64,000 nt of DNA, taken from positions 63,116,001 through 63,180,000 of the forward strand of contig JAGIQG010000004.1 in assembly GCA_024679065.1 (NCBI GenBank), given 5' to 3'. A program made the position numbers and the translations under genes. The notes under the pieces are model-generated. The model saw nothing but the letters and a program-made list of their open reading frames with translations. It made no database searches and was not told the origin of the DNA. Of this stretch, positions 13,362-26,520 are shown piece by piece (the first letter of the stretch is position 1; every line of letters starts with the position of its first letter). This DNA comes from Sphyrna mokarran (taxonomy: Eukaryota).

Positions 13362-13682
13362 GTCCCGGTGGAACTTCAGTAAGAGTCACTCAGCTCCCTG
13401 AGAGAATAAACGCAAACATCGGTACAAACGTTTCCTTCCATTGTTCGCTTCCTTTCTTTCAAGACGGCCCACGTGTGAATGTAAACTGGTGGAAAAATGG
13501 TGATAATCAATATCTAACGTCCGGACAAAATGATAGAATAATAACTGGATTCAAGACTAAATTCAGCGGCTTCCTTCGGATAATTAATGTGAATGTGCAG
13601 GACACAGGAGTATACTATTGCATTGTCACGCATCAAGGCAAAACAGCTGGAAATGGAACTGGATCTAATTTAACAGTATGGG
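13362..13682 (+). CDS. Gene A exon 2: V-set Ig domain with germline-fused J-like G strand
   Basis: Acceptor ttttccccatag; 321 nt open: (G)PGGTSVRVTQLPERINANIGTNVSFHCSLPFFQDGPRVNVNWWKNGD...FLRIINVNVQDTGVYYCIVTHQGKTAGNGTGSNLTVW. B-strand Cys, C-strand Trp, DTGVYYC, GxGSxLxV; donor G|GTAAGT, phase 1/1. Confidence 0.95.
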
Positions 13683-14574
13683 GTAAGTATAAAAAATATA
13701 AATAATATCCATCTGACTGAAAATTTCAAACTTCAAAACATAAATTTTGATTTAAAGAATTCAACTTTTCAATTAATTTCAACGATCGGTATGTATACAT
13801 CCGACTTTTACTGGTGATTGCTGCGTGCTGATGTATGCTGCAATATTTCAAAATTAATGATAATGGGGAAATTGTCTGCTAAATGTGTGAATACAAAACA
13901 AATGAAGTTAAAATTTCAGTCTTGGATAATTTGCATATCTCGGCATTAAGAGATAGTGTTGAGGAGCTGATAAAGAGAACGCACATTTCTTATCCTATTT
14001 CATGGTGTAATTCGCCAATGTTGATTGCGGAGGGCTTCTATTCGGGTCAACTGTTCCTCTTGTTGATGATTTATTTCTTAAGTTCATATTTCTAACAGTT
14101 GAATTATACATAATTTGAACCAAACCTTCCTCACCTTTCACCCATCATTTTAGCCTCTCGCAAGCGTGAAATCATCCGGGTCCTTGGTGCAAAGTCTAAC
14201 TAATTTGATAAACTAAACTTCCCAGATAGCTTTTAGATTCAATGGAGTGAAATTCACCAGCAGCGGAACCGCAAAACATGCGAACATCCCAAATTACACG
14301 GTGAGCAATGTTCTTCCGAATTAGAAAATTGGGCGAGATTTTTACTGGATACGAAATCGTTTTCACTTGCGTGTTTTTTTTTATTTGTCCTCATGAAAAC
14401 TGTTTAAATTATAAAGGAAATACCTGTGACACGTAATAATGTCGTCAGATTGAATTGCCACTACAGGTAATGCAATCTAAATAGCTTTCTTCCCATTGCT
14501 CCACGCCAGGTTTACGTCCAACAATGGATTGGAACGCATCGTTTAGCTGGTCATCGAAATCAACGGTATTAAGT

Positions 14575-15130
14575 GTAAACGCGTTGGTATCACACTCTGC
14601 TCTCTGAGCAACGAGAATCTTAAGTTCAAATCCCTCACCTCAGCCCCCTCCCCACCTCCGGCCAGGTGTTGAGTAAAAACATCAACTCTGGCACTCCAGA
14701 AATAATACTCCAGCGTCCTGCACTGCCAGAGGGGCAATTATTTGGATGAGTCATTAAGCCTCGGCCCATACTGTTGCTAAAATGGATGCCGAAAATCCCA
14801 TGTCTCGATTTTGAAGAGCAGGGGGGTTATCCACGGTAATCCCCCAGTTATCTCCGGTATCTAGGCTAATAAGTTCCTTCATCAAGATCACGCAAAAGAC
14901 GAATTGATTACGATCGTACTTGATTTGATTTGGTTCATTACTGTTACACGTATTAGCATACAGTGAAAAGTATTATTTCTTGCGTGCACGCTGCTGTTTT
15001 CGGCAATTTCGTATTCACAGGTTTACTGCCAAATGCTCATTATTACAAAAGTGATAGCATTTCAATTCTTCTGCATTGATTGCTGGGCGTTTGAGACGTC
15101 CTGTTGTGTGAAACGCGTTACCTAACTACC
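14575..15130 (+). mobile_element. Decayed DeuSINE-type SINE in gene A intron 2
   Basis: ggcactccag...ctgcactgccagagggg...ttggatgagtcattaagcc...aaatcccatg..gattttgaagagcagggg. Confidence 0.55.
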
Positions 15131-15156
15131 AGTCTTTATATTCTTTATTGTTCTAG

Positions 15157-15468
15157 TTCCACCAACCCCATTGAAAATTAACCCTCAGCAGCTTGAAACG
15201 GATCCAGCTGCACCGTTGACTGTTCTGTGCACCACGTCTCCTTTTTGCCCGAAGAATATTAGTTTCACTTGGTATAAGGATGGCATTATAACTAAAATAG
15301 GAATCAATACCATCATTAAACCCAGCACCAATGGACTCTATGAAGCTTCCAGCCAGTTGCAAGAGGCGCAGCCTTCCCGGTCCGGAACTGTTTATACTTG
15401 CCTGGTCTTTCACAGTGCGCTCCAAATTCCAGCCATAACCACTCACATTGTCAACTATCCAAACACAG
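15157..15468 (+). CDS. Gene A exon 3: C1-set Ig domain
   Basis: Acceptor ttctttattgttctag; 312 nt: VPPTPLKINPQ...LTVLCTTSPFCPKNISFTWYKDG...NGLYEASSQL...VYTCLVFHSALQIP...PNT. C1 signatures CxxxxF(Y/C)P, W, YxCxVxH; donor G|GTAAGG. Confidence 0.95.
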
Positions 15469-15589
15469 GTAAGGTTTCTGATATAATCACATAAATTTAC
15501 AGTTTTGGAAAACTCAGCCTGTCGGTGCAACCTCCTTGAAAGAACTATCAGATCTATTCCGCCGACAGCAGACTGCCACAACCGGCAAA

Positions 15590-16430
15590 TAGAACATAGA
15601 GAACATAGATCATAGAACATTACAGCGCAGAACAGGCCCTTCGGCCTTCGATGTTGCGCCGACCAATTAGGAAAAAGCAATGACCCTCTAACCTAAACCA
15701 TTCCCTTTTCGTCCATAAACGTATCCACTAACCTCTTAAACGCCACCAAACTTGGCGCATCTACAACTGCAGCAGGCAGGGCATTCCATAACCTTACCAC
15801 CGTCTGGGTAAAGAACCTACCTCTGACATCCGTCCTATAACTACCACCCCTTAATTTAAAGCTATGTCCCCTTCTGCTAGCTTTCTCCATCCTAGGAAAA
15901 AGGCTATCACTGTCCACCCTATCTAAACCTCTAATCATCTTATATGTTTCAAAAAGGTCTCCTCTTAGCCGCCTCCTTTCTAACGAAAACAACCTCAAAT
16001 CCCTCAGCCTCTCCTCATAAGACCTGCCCTCCATACCAGGCAACATCCTGGTAAACCTCCTCTGTACCCTATCCAATGCCTCCACATCTTTCTTATAATG
16101 TGGGGACCAGAACTGCACACAATACTCCAAGTGTGGCTGCACTAGAGTTTTGTACAGTTGCAACATGACGTTGCGGCTCCGAAATTCAATCCCCCTACCA
16201 ATAAAAGCTAAGACTCGGTATGCCTTCTTAACAACCTTATCGACTTGATTGCCAACTTTCAGGGATCTATGCACATATACACCAAGATCCCTCTGTTCAT
16301 CAACACTATTAAGAGTTCTACCATTAGCCCTATACTCTACACATTTGTTATTCCTACCAAAGTAAATTACCTCACACTTTTCTGCATTAAACCCCATTTG
16401 CCACCTCTCGGTCCAGCTCTGCAACTTTCC
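15590..16430 (-). mobile_element. Young CR1 3' fragment, antisense in gene A intron 3
   Basis: Uninterrupted 248-aa ORF 15693..16439 (ORF2 C-terminus) plus (ATAGAAC)n tail, about 120 nt after the C1 donor. Confidence 0.92.
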
Positions 16431-17989
16431 AAACATCAATAACTTTCATTTCCAATTGCCTTTTGGAAATAGCTACAAAAATTATTTCCAGCAAATTTTC
16501 AGGCAGTATGTTCTAAATCTTCTCAATCTCCGGTTAACTCTCCCAAAAGCCCATTTATTATTTGCCAATAGTTTTCGATTCAGAACTATTCGTAAGACCC
16601 ACTTTTTGCAGAGCATATTTTCCCCTAATTAATAATTAGCTGTCATAATTTCTTATGTCATAATTTCAGCTGTCATAATTTTGCAAAATTTCCATTAGAT
16701 CTCACCCTAATATTTTTCTATTCTGTTGAAAAGAATCATAGTTTCGAACCTCGCCATGTAGCCAAAGGTCTTTATCCTTGTTAAACATAGAAAATATCCT
16801 TTGTTATTCTCTCCGAGACATTGGCATTATTACTAATATGAATTGTACACTATACATTTATATGTCTTCCATGTATACAATGGTTCTCTCGCATGATTTA
16901 TTATCTAAAAAGCTTCACTGATCAGCATTTCAACTTCTCACCACCATTTGAAAATTTATAGGTATGTCGGAAATTACATTGCCTGAGGCTATCTACGTTG
17001 ATTTAAGCAAAATACACACTTCATAATTATTTGCAATAAATTGCACTTGCCAATTGTAACACTTTATCCTGTTCTATGAAGTACTGAAGTCTGCTGCTGT
17101 TATCTTAATAATGACCAGTGTTGTAGGATTCATAATCTTCAAATTGTACTCCCATATCATGTAAAGAAATAGTCCTAATGTTGAACCCAGAACCAGTCAA
17201 AAACAACAATTTACCACTGTCGTTTATTACCTATAATTTAGCCAATAATATATCTAAAGAACTACTGCTCATCATATCTCAAGTGGTTATTTAAACATAA
17301 TAAAGTGACCCCTCCTCATTTTTATTTTGGTTCACAATACTTATTTTTCTTATTCATTCACAGAATGTGAATGTCATTGCTGTCGCTATATTGGAACAGA
17401 GTGCGTAGAGGCACAAATAGTTCTAGAAATCAAGTTTTCAAGTACTGCTGCCAAAGGTTGTCGGCGCCACCAGCCTTTTCAGTATCCATCAGTTGTTTCT
17501 TGATATTGTGTGAAGTGAACCAATTTGGATCTATATTAGAACCTGTGATACTGAAGAATTCAGGGCGAGCCCAAATAAATCCTTAGGTCAGATAAACGTT
17601 TTTTTCAATCACTCAATCCTAGTATTTTGCACTGAAAATTCTGTCAGTCCTACATAATTGAAAATGGGGAAATGTGTTTATCTCCTTTGTTTATTATTAA
17701 TTGCCACTGCTATTTTCAATGATTGTGGCAGGACTACAGAGATTAAACCTGAGATTTATTTGTTATGGGATCTCTCAGTTGTGTTTATCGTTTGTTTTGT
17801 TTCACTCGTTGATATGTATCTGAAACTAGTTCTTTAGCATCATTGTTGCTTCTGATATTCCTTCCTGCACTCTTAACTGAATGAGGTTTGATCCCTGGGT
17901 TTGATGCCAAGCCTTGATGTTGAATTTAATTCTGTTGTTAATGAAGCATAATACCCTATGGATGATATGTTCTGAGTTTTTTGAGAATT

Positions 17990-19230
17990 AATTCATAGCG
18001 TTGGATATCATGAGCAATTACCCATTCTTAATTACTATTGTGCGAGTGGTCTTGAGTTGCCTTCTTGGATTGCTGTAGTCCATGAGGTGTAGGTATGTGC
18101 ATGGTGCTATTAGGGAGGGAGTTCCAGGACAATGGACTATGATATAATTCGATGTTAGGATAGGGATAGCTAGGAGGAGAACTTATAGGTGCAGCTCGGT
18201 CTGTTGAAAATCTATCTCATCTAGCATAGTGATAGTGCTAGATAGCAATATGTCAACGGACTTAATCTCCACAAGGACTGCGCCGTGCTCATTTCCAATA
18301 CTGGCATGTACAGATACATCTGTGTTAGATGGTTTGTTCAGGCCAAGATGATTTAGGATATTTTCCCCATATTAACTGCCTCATCATATATTGCCAACCC
18401 AGTCTTGCAGCTACGTTCTTTAGGACTCAATTAGCTCGATCTGAGGTGCTGGTTTCATCACAGGTTTTCCGTCTATCGTTGAAGTCCTGCACCAGGATAC
18501 ATTCTGTGACCTTGCCACATGCAGTTGCTGTTCATTATGGAGGAATACTGATTCATCAGCTGAGGCAGGTGGTAGGGACTGTTATCAGTAGGAGATTTTC
18601 TTGTCCATCTTTGTCTCAATACCATGAGACTTCATGGAGTCAGAAGTGAATAATGAGGACTCCTGGAGCAATTCTCTGTCCTGACTGAATATCACTTGCT
18701 GCCACTTCCGATGTGCCTGCTCCACAGTGGGACATGACATATCCAGGGATGATAATGTCTGGAATATTTCCTTCAAGAAATGATTCGGTGAGTATGACTA
18801 TATCAGGCTGTTGTTTAACTGGTCTGTGAGACACCTTTCCAAATTTTGCTACAAGCCCCCAGATGTTAGTATGGATGACATTAAAGAGTCCATAAAGTTG
18901 ACTGTGCTCTTGTCAGTGCTTAAATCAATGCTGAGTCGTCCATTCGGTTCAAGTCCTCTTTGGCTCCCAAGCAGTTTGTTACAACTCAGTGATTTGCACG
19001 AACATTTCACAAAACATTTAAGAGAGAGCATTGGGCATGCGATTACATGTAAACCAGATCAGGTTTCTTTTCCTAAAGGTGAAGCACATCGGTATTTGTG
19101 ACAAAATTATTCCCAAATTTTAATAATTGAATTTAAACTCCACTAGCTAGCTTAGTGAGATTTGAGCTCATCCCCAATGCATCAACTTGGATCTTTTGTT
19201 GCTAGTGCAGTGATATTATCTGACACGGTT
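17990..19230 (-). mobile_element. Decayed LINE (APE endonuclease N-terminus, CR1/L2 group)
   Basis: SHRPVKQQPDIVILTESFL...IIPGYVMSH in ORF 18640..18834; boundaries approximate. Confidence 0.6.
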
Positions 19231-19581
19231 GGAATGTTTTCTCTTGTAAGTGAGTCCTGCGCTAGGGGAAACAGTTTTAAAATTAGGCGTTGTCCTTTTA
19301 GGACGAAGATTGGGATCTTTATTTTTCTCCTTAAATCATATTAACTCAGAAGGCCATTGAATGTGGATAGATTCTTGTTAGAAAAGAGAATCAAAGGTTA
19401 TCTGGGTAAATGGGAATGTTGACTTCAAAACACAAACGGATCAACCAGAATTAAATTAACGAGTAGGCTTGAGGGGCAAAATGGCCCACGTCTGCTCCTT
19501 TTTCGTATGTCCGTGCCAATACGTAGCCACCTGTATCTTAATACAAATGACTAGAAAGATTGAATGTTTGCTTTGTTTCAG

Positions 19582-19698
19582 AGATTACAGGAGATCAGAA
19601 CACCAAAGTTTTATTGATTTCTGCATTGGTAGGAGGCGGATTCATTCTCCTGACATTAGGTCTCATTGTGAAGCATTGTGTCACGAAGAAAAATAATG
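19582..19698 (+). CDS. Gene A exon 4: stalk + uncharged transmembrane segment
   Basis: Acceptor tttgctttgtttcag; EITGDQNTKVLLISALVGGGFILLTLGLIVKHCVTKKNN; donor G|GTAAGA, phase 1/1; similar length and 3' end to gene B TM exon. Confidence 0.88.
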
Positions 19699-20254
19699 GT
19701 AAGAAAGAATTTCTCCTTTTTACTCATGTAAGCACAACTTTTCAAGAGGGAGGGAGAGCGAGGGGAAAAGTCCTGTTATAGGTGAAGAGGAAGTTGTTTA
19801 CAACTGAACAATGCAAACAATGTCTTGTCGCACAAAAGCAAGGGTGATTGCTGATTATAGCCACTTGTACCAATATTTGGCATACGTGTAATCTTTCACT
19901 GTTGGTTTCATTTATACATATCAGGCAAGAAAGGTCAGTGATCCCCAAAGGCATATCCGCAAATACATAGCAAAAGTCTTGTACACAATATCCTGGGCAC
20001 AACAATAGGCATAAGGTGATATTTTAGGGCATTTGACGAGTGTGACGCACAGCTCCAGGCTCAAAAGACTAATTTTAAAAATGCCCTGAAAGTCAATGAT
20101 TGTCAAGTATCAAAGTTCTACAAAAATGTCTAACCCAACACCAGACATTTGAGAGTCACAAGTAAAACGGCATCATAAGACAATTCAATTTAATGCTATG
20201 AACTACATTTCTTTTTTTTTCAAATTACTTTGTTTCAATTGATTGTAACCTTAA

Positions 20255-22572
20255 TAGGTTGAATAGTTCAGATGGGTGTGCAGGAACATTTCCTGACTCA
20301 ATAAGGCGACAAGAGGTGGGGCCACATTGCACTTGGTACTGAATAATGAACTGGGCCAAATGTTTTATTTATTTGTGGGAGAGCACTTTGGAGATAGTAA
20401 CCACAATTTGATGTCCTTCAATATTGCAATGGAGAGAGATAGAGTCACACGGAAGGGCAAAGTTTATAATTGGGTAGGGGTAATTATGATGCGATTTAGG
20501 CAAGAGTTAGGGAGCATAAGATGGGAACAAAAACTGTCGGGTATGGGCACAAACGAAAAGTGGAGCTTTTTCAAGGAACAAATGCCACATGTCCTTGATA
20601 GATATGTCCCTGGCAGGCAAGGAGGAAATGGCCAAGTAAGGGAACTATGATTCACAAAGGAGGTTGAATGCCTTGTCAAGAAGAAAAAGGATGTAAGGAT
20701 GAAAAAAAAACATCATTTGCGAGTTACAATGTAGTTAGGAATGAATTTTAAATAAAGGGCTTAGGAGAGCTAGGAGAGGGCATAAGAAGTCCGAGGCGGG
20801 TCAGATAAAGGAAAACCCCAAGACTTTTTACCCTTATGTGAGAAATAAAAGAATGACCTGGTTGTGGTTAGGGCCCATCAAGGATAGTAGCAGGAACTTG
20901 TATATGGAGTCAGAAGAGATAGGTAAGACGTTGAATGAATACTTTTCTTTAGTGATCACTAAGAAGAGGTGCCATGATTTTGAGGACGAGTGTATGATAT
21001 AGGCTGATAGGATGGAGGAGTAAATGTTCTGAGGGAAGATGGATTAACAATTTTGAAAAACATGCAGATTGATAAGTCCTCTGGGCCAGATGGGATACAT
21101 CCTAGGATACTTTGAAAGGCAAGGAATGAGATTGCCAAACCTTTAGATTTGATCTTTGGGTTCTCTGCCCACAAGGTTGTGCCGGAGCACTGGAGAGTGG
21201 TGAATGTTTTTACCTCTCTTCAAGAAAGGAAATAGGAATGACTTTGGTAATTGTAGGTCAGTTAGTCTTACTTTGGTGGTCGGTAAATAATGGAAAGCAT
21301 CCTGAGACATAGGATTTATGACCATTTGGAAAGATGCAGTTTAATCTGGGATAGTCAGCACAGTTTTGTGAGGGATAATTCCTGCCTCACAAATTTGATT
21401 GAGAAAGTAACTAAGTGTGTAGTTAAAGGTAAAGCAGTTGATGTTGTATACATGGATTTCTGATAATATTCCCCCGATAGGTGCATGAAGAAAGTAAGGA
21501 GGTGTGGGTTAGAAGGAAATTTGGCCGATTGGATAAGTAACTGCCCCTCCGATAGAGGACAGAGTGTGGTGGTGGAGGAAAAGAAATCTTTTGGAGGCCA
21601 ATTACCAACTGTGTACCATAGGGATTGTTGCTGGGTCCTCTGCTTTTTGTGATTTTTATCAATCAGTTGGTAGAGTGGGCTGAAGGGTGGGTTAGTAAAT
21701 TTGATGATGACACAAGATTGGTGGAGTAGTGGATGAGGTGGAGGATTCTAGTAGGCTTCAAAGAGATGCAGAGCTGGGCAGAAAAGTGGCAGATGGAGTT
21801 TCACCCTGATAAGTGTGAGGCGATTCATTTTGGTAGGACAAACTTGAATGCAGATTACAAGGTCAACAGCAGGGTTCTGAAGAATGTGGAGGAACAGAGA
21901 GATCTTGGGATTCATATCCACAGGTCTCTCTCTCTCTCTGAAGTTGCCACTCAAGTGTATAGAGTCGTGAAGAAGGCTTATAGTGTGTTAGCATTTATTC
22001 ACAGATGATTTGAGTTTAAGAGCCATGGAGTTATGCTGCAAATATACAGGACATTGGTGAGACAACATTTGGAATATTCTGTACAATTCTAGTCACCTCA
22101 CTATAAGAGTGTGGAAACATTGGAGAAAATGCAGAGTAGATTTACCAGGATGCTGCCTGGTTTGGAGAGTAGGTCTTATGAGAAAGGATTGAGGGAGCTG
22201 AGGCTTTTTCTCTCTAGAGCAGAAGAGGATGAGAGGCGACTTGATAGAGTTATATAAGATGATGAGGGGGATAGATAGAGTGGACGTGCAGAGACTATTT
22301 CCTCGGGTGGATGTCGCTTTACCAGGGGCATAACTATAAGGTTCATGATGGGGGATGTAGGAGAGATGTCCGAGGTAGATTCTTTACTCAGGGAGTGGAA
22401 TGCCTGCTGTGATAGTGGTGTTGGACACTTCAGGAACTTTCAAGCTGTTTTGGATAGGCACATGGTCACATCAGAATGAAAGGGAGTGGAATAGGGTTTG
22501 GACATAGCTCGGCACACAATCAAGGGCCGAAGGATCTGTACTATGCTGTACTGTTCTATGTTCCATGTTCTA
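20255..22572 (+). mobile_element. Decayed CR1 LINE in gene A intron 4
   Basis: ORFs 20327..20650 and 21733..22008 with CR1 motifs; many stops; tgttctatgttccatgttc tail. Confidence 0.85.
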
Positions 22573-22627
22573 ATTCATGTAGATACTAAAAATTTCAAAT
22601 GTTGATAGCAAAATATTCACGCAATAT

Positions 22628-22935
22628 GCACAGTGGTTAGCACTGCACCTCACAACTCCAGGCACCCAGGTTCAATTTTGTGCCTGGATAATTGCCTATG
22701 TGGAGTTTGCACTTTCTTCCATACCTGTGTGGATTTCCTCCCGGGGCTCTGGTTTTCTATCTCAGTCCAAAGATGTGCAGGTTAGGTTGATTGACCCTGC
22801 TAAATTGACCTTAGCATCAGGGAGATTAGCAAGTTGCATATGTAGGATTAGGGGAGTCTGACCTGGAAGGGATTGTGATCGGTACAGACTCGAATGACTG
22901 AATGGCTCCTTCTGTGCTGTATGGATTTTATATGT
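22628..22935 (+). mobile_element. HE1-like V-SINE
   Basis: gcacagtggttagcactgc (A box), gggttcaattt (B-box-like), V-domain. Confidence 0.8.
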
Positions 22936-23199
22936 TCCAACAGTGATTTAGTTAATATATTTTTAAGCATTATGGGTATGGCATTAGATTTCTTTTTCTT
23001 TTATTTTGTGTGGAATTTTCCAAATTCTTCAGCCACTGCTAGAGCTATTCACTCAGCAAGTGCTTTTATTGCAAAATCTGCTTTCGTTGCCTGCAATTTT
23101 ATGTTTTTAGAATCGCTGGGTGTAAAATTGTTTATTCTGCCCATACGATTTCCAAAGTAGACTCTTGCTGCACCGCTGGCATCAGAACAACTCACTTAG

Positions 23200-23508
23200 A
23201 AATCATGAAATCCTATAGTGCAGAAAGAAGCCATTCGACCCATCGAGTCCACACCAACCACTATCCACTCACATTCTATGCCCACATATTTACCCACTAA
23301 TCTATGCAGCCCAGGACACCAAGGGCAATTTAGAATGGCCAATCAACCTAGCCCACACATCTTTGGACTGTGGGAGGAAACTGGAGCACACCCACACATA
23401 CACAGGTAGAATGTGCAAACTCCACACAGTGACCTCAGTCGTGGTTCGAACCTAGCTTCCTGGAGCTGTGAAGCAGTAGTGCTATCCACTGTGCTACTGT
23501 GCCACCCT
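23200..23508 (-). mobile_element. HE1-like V-SINE
   Basis: Reverse complement has tRNA-like head (gggtggcacagtagcacagtggatagcactactgcttcacagc) and V-domain. Confidence 0.8.
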
Positions 23509-23628
23509 TCCTATTATCAAACCTGATTGGAAACCAAACCTGTCAATTTATATGTTACATTGAGTCTACAAAAAGTTTATTTCTAGGCTCAGTTAATTGC
23601 TCATTGTAAAGTCTTCAATAATTCCTAG

Positions 23629-23672
23629 GTATGCAGAAATTTGGTGAAAGATGTCATTATTCGGAACAGCAG
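23629..23672 (+). CDS. Gene A exon 5 (predicted): short cytoplasmic exon GMQKFGERCHYSEQQ
   Basis: Acceptor ttcctag, strong donor CAG|GTATGT; 44 nt converts phase 1 to phase 0, which is required to join the TM exon to the phase-0 ITIM exon. Confidence 0.6.
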
Positions 23673-24479
23673 GTATGTTTCTATAATTCATTCTAATACA
23701 TCGCAAATGTTAATATATATAAGTGATGTAATCATTTACGGCAATAAATGTTGTTTCATCCCATCGCTGCACAAATTCATTCGAAGTGACACAATGCGAA
23801 TTCTACATTTAAGTCATTTCCAATAGATCAGAGAAGCCTGAATTGTCTACCTGAATTGTAACTGTATCCGCTGGCTGCGAATAAGCATATTGCATAAAAC
23901 TGAACATCCATTTTACTGAATAGATAAAGAAAAACGCTACTTTATGTCTGTTCACAGCGAGCAATGTGATAACGGCTGTAGAGCATCTATTGACAAATTG
24001 CAAACTGTGTCACATGATTTCATCCGACTTTGATATATTGATTTCAGTTTTCATAAATCCACCTCATCAAAATACGACAGCAGCTAGTATATCCATTAAG
24101 TTTTGCTCCCTCAAGAACTTAAATGGTTGATTAAAGTCTGACGTCAAAGTACATGTACCGTATTTAAATGGCAGGCATCCACACTTTATAGGCTCTCTTC
24201 TGAAATTTATGGATATGCCCATCGCAGGCTCCTCAATTCAGCGAAGTTTAGCAAATCAAGCCTGCCCCAGTCAAATTGAGAGTTAGTTCAAAATGCTGTC
24301 AAAGTTGTCAGTTTGTCTGTAATATTCCTACGCGTGCCCTGGCAATAGAACTGAAATTTGAGATCAATTTGCCATAGTGAGAATAACCAAAAGGAGGTAG
24401 GCAGCAGGAAATTGGCATTCGCTCCCATTGCCTTATCCTCTCATCAAGTAATCCAACTAAGTTTGGAACAATCGCAACA

Positions 24480-26520
24480 TATACAAAGGAAGATCATTAT
24501 TTAAATAGTGATATATTGAGAATTTGGATGCACAAAGCGATCTTAGTGTCCTTGTACCCCAGTCAATGAAAGTGCAGAGACACGTGAAGCAAGCAGTTAG
24601 AAAGGCGAATGGGCTTTATTGCAAGAGGACTTGAGTTCTGAAGTATGGATGTCTTGCTGAAATTATACGATGCATTGGTAAACCACACCTGAAGTATTGT
24701 GTACAATTTTGATCTCCCCGCCCAAGAAAGAATATATTTGCTATGGAGGGACTGCAGCAGAACTTCTTAGGTGGCTACCGGGTTCGGTAGGACTGTCCTC
24801 TTGGGAGAGATTGGTTCAAATTGACGTGTATTCGCTGGAAATTGGAAGGATGAGAGGAAATCTAATTGAAACATATAAAATTCTGACAAAGCTAGACAGA
24901 CGAGATACAAGGGAAGATGTTTTTCCAGTGTCAGTACACAGTATCGAACATTTAGGACTGAAATAAATAGATCTAACTTTACACAAACATAGCGAACTGT
25001 GGAAATTTCTACTACAGAAGGTATGGAAATTTTTGTTAGATTTTAATGGTTTCAACGGATTTAGGGAAAAAGCAACAATGTGGCATTGAGATCGAGAATC
25101 CACATTGAAAACATAGAAACAGAAGCAGGTGTTGGCTATTCAGCCCGTCGAGCCTGTTCCACAATTCATTTTGATTATGGCTGATCATCAAACTTGATAT
25201 CCTGATCGCACCTTCCCCCATATCCCTTGATCCCTATACCAAAAAGATATATCTAATTTCGTTTTGAAAAATCACCCAATCTCTGGCTGAAGGAATTTCT
25301 CTTCATCCCAGTCCTAAAAGATTCATCCCATGTGCTCACATGATAACCCCTCGATCTACACTCCCCACCATGGGGAAAAATCTTCCCGAATCTACCCTAC
25401 CTAACCCTGTTAGAATTTTTTTTATGTTTCTATGAGATCCTTTTTCACTCTTCTCAACCCTAATGAATATAATTTAACTGATTGAGTCTTGCCTCATGTT
25501 ACATGCCTGCTATCTCAGGAATCAGCCTGATAAACATTTTTTGTGCTCTCTCTATAGCAAGAACATTCTTCCTCAGATAAGGATACCAAAACAGCACACA
25601 ATACTCCAACAATGATCAGAGATGCCTGAATTGTCTACCTGAATTGTAACTGCACCTTTTCCTTTCTGAATGTCCTTCTTAAAGATTGAATGACCTTCAA
25701 TGTTTAGTGCCAATTCTTTGTCAACTTGGAATCATGTCTCTATCATTCCAACAATATCATCCCCATTTATATCCATCTGTGCTACTAATTCATCCCTTTT
25801 GTTTTGAATGCTCTGAATGTTAGATGAGCCCTTTTAAAATTATTTGCCCATTCCGACAACTATTCTTGCCATGTTCTTATCTGACTTTGACCCTTGATTT
25901 CTCTACCTATCGCTTTTCCTATTCTATTTGCATTCTTTTTCACTTGAACTTGCTTCCTCCTGTTTTGAATCCTTACTTAGATCCCCATCTCCCAGTCACT
26001 TCCCAATCACTCTAGCAAGAACCAGCCCCCTCCACCGCCCCCCACCTCCTCCCCCAACTAGCAGCCCCCATAAACCCCTCCCTCTCCCTCATCAAGGGAA
26101 CAAGTCCCGGTTCTGGTCATGACCCATCTCTCGATCCCAATGCCTCAGGAATCTGAAACCCTCCATCCTCACACCATATTTTTAGCCGTGCATTCATCTG
26201 GCTGTTTTTACTCTGATTGGCATGTTTCATGAGTAGTAATCGTGTGATAACTACCTTTGGGATCCTACTTAGGTGGATCCCACCTAAGATAGAAGTGAAC
26301 TCTATTTGGATAGAAGTGAACTCGTTGGGATCTTTCAGAAGACTTTGGATCAGTAAATGGGATTTAATGGGATTGAGGGTTATAGACAGGCCTGGTAGGT
26401 AAGGATATGATCGGCACAACTTGTGGGCCGAAGGGCCTGTTTGTGCTGTAGTGTTCTATGTTCTATGTTCTACTTCTCAGCTTGTTTTTAGTTCCCTCTA
26501 TACTGCTTATAGGACCCTTT
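24480..26520. mobile_element. Cluster of old CR1 fragments (+ strand 24480-25090; - strand from about 25110; small + tail 26325-26472)
   Basis: MRGNLIETYKIL in ORF 24697..24966; antisense tail aacatagaaacagaagcagg; WCEDGGFQ (ORF1-like) at 26117..26419. Confidence 0.6.

Noticed and set aside
13362-15468. Rearranging TCR/Ig light-chain locus
   Set aside because: V and J-like strand are in one exon with no RSS, and gene A has a long ITIM tail. The CACAGTG at 15411-15417 is inside the C1 coding sequence with no nonamer at 12 or 23 bp.
22628-22700. tRNA genes
   Set aside because: A/B-box sequences are SINE heads followed directly by the V-domain; no cloverleaf.
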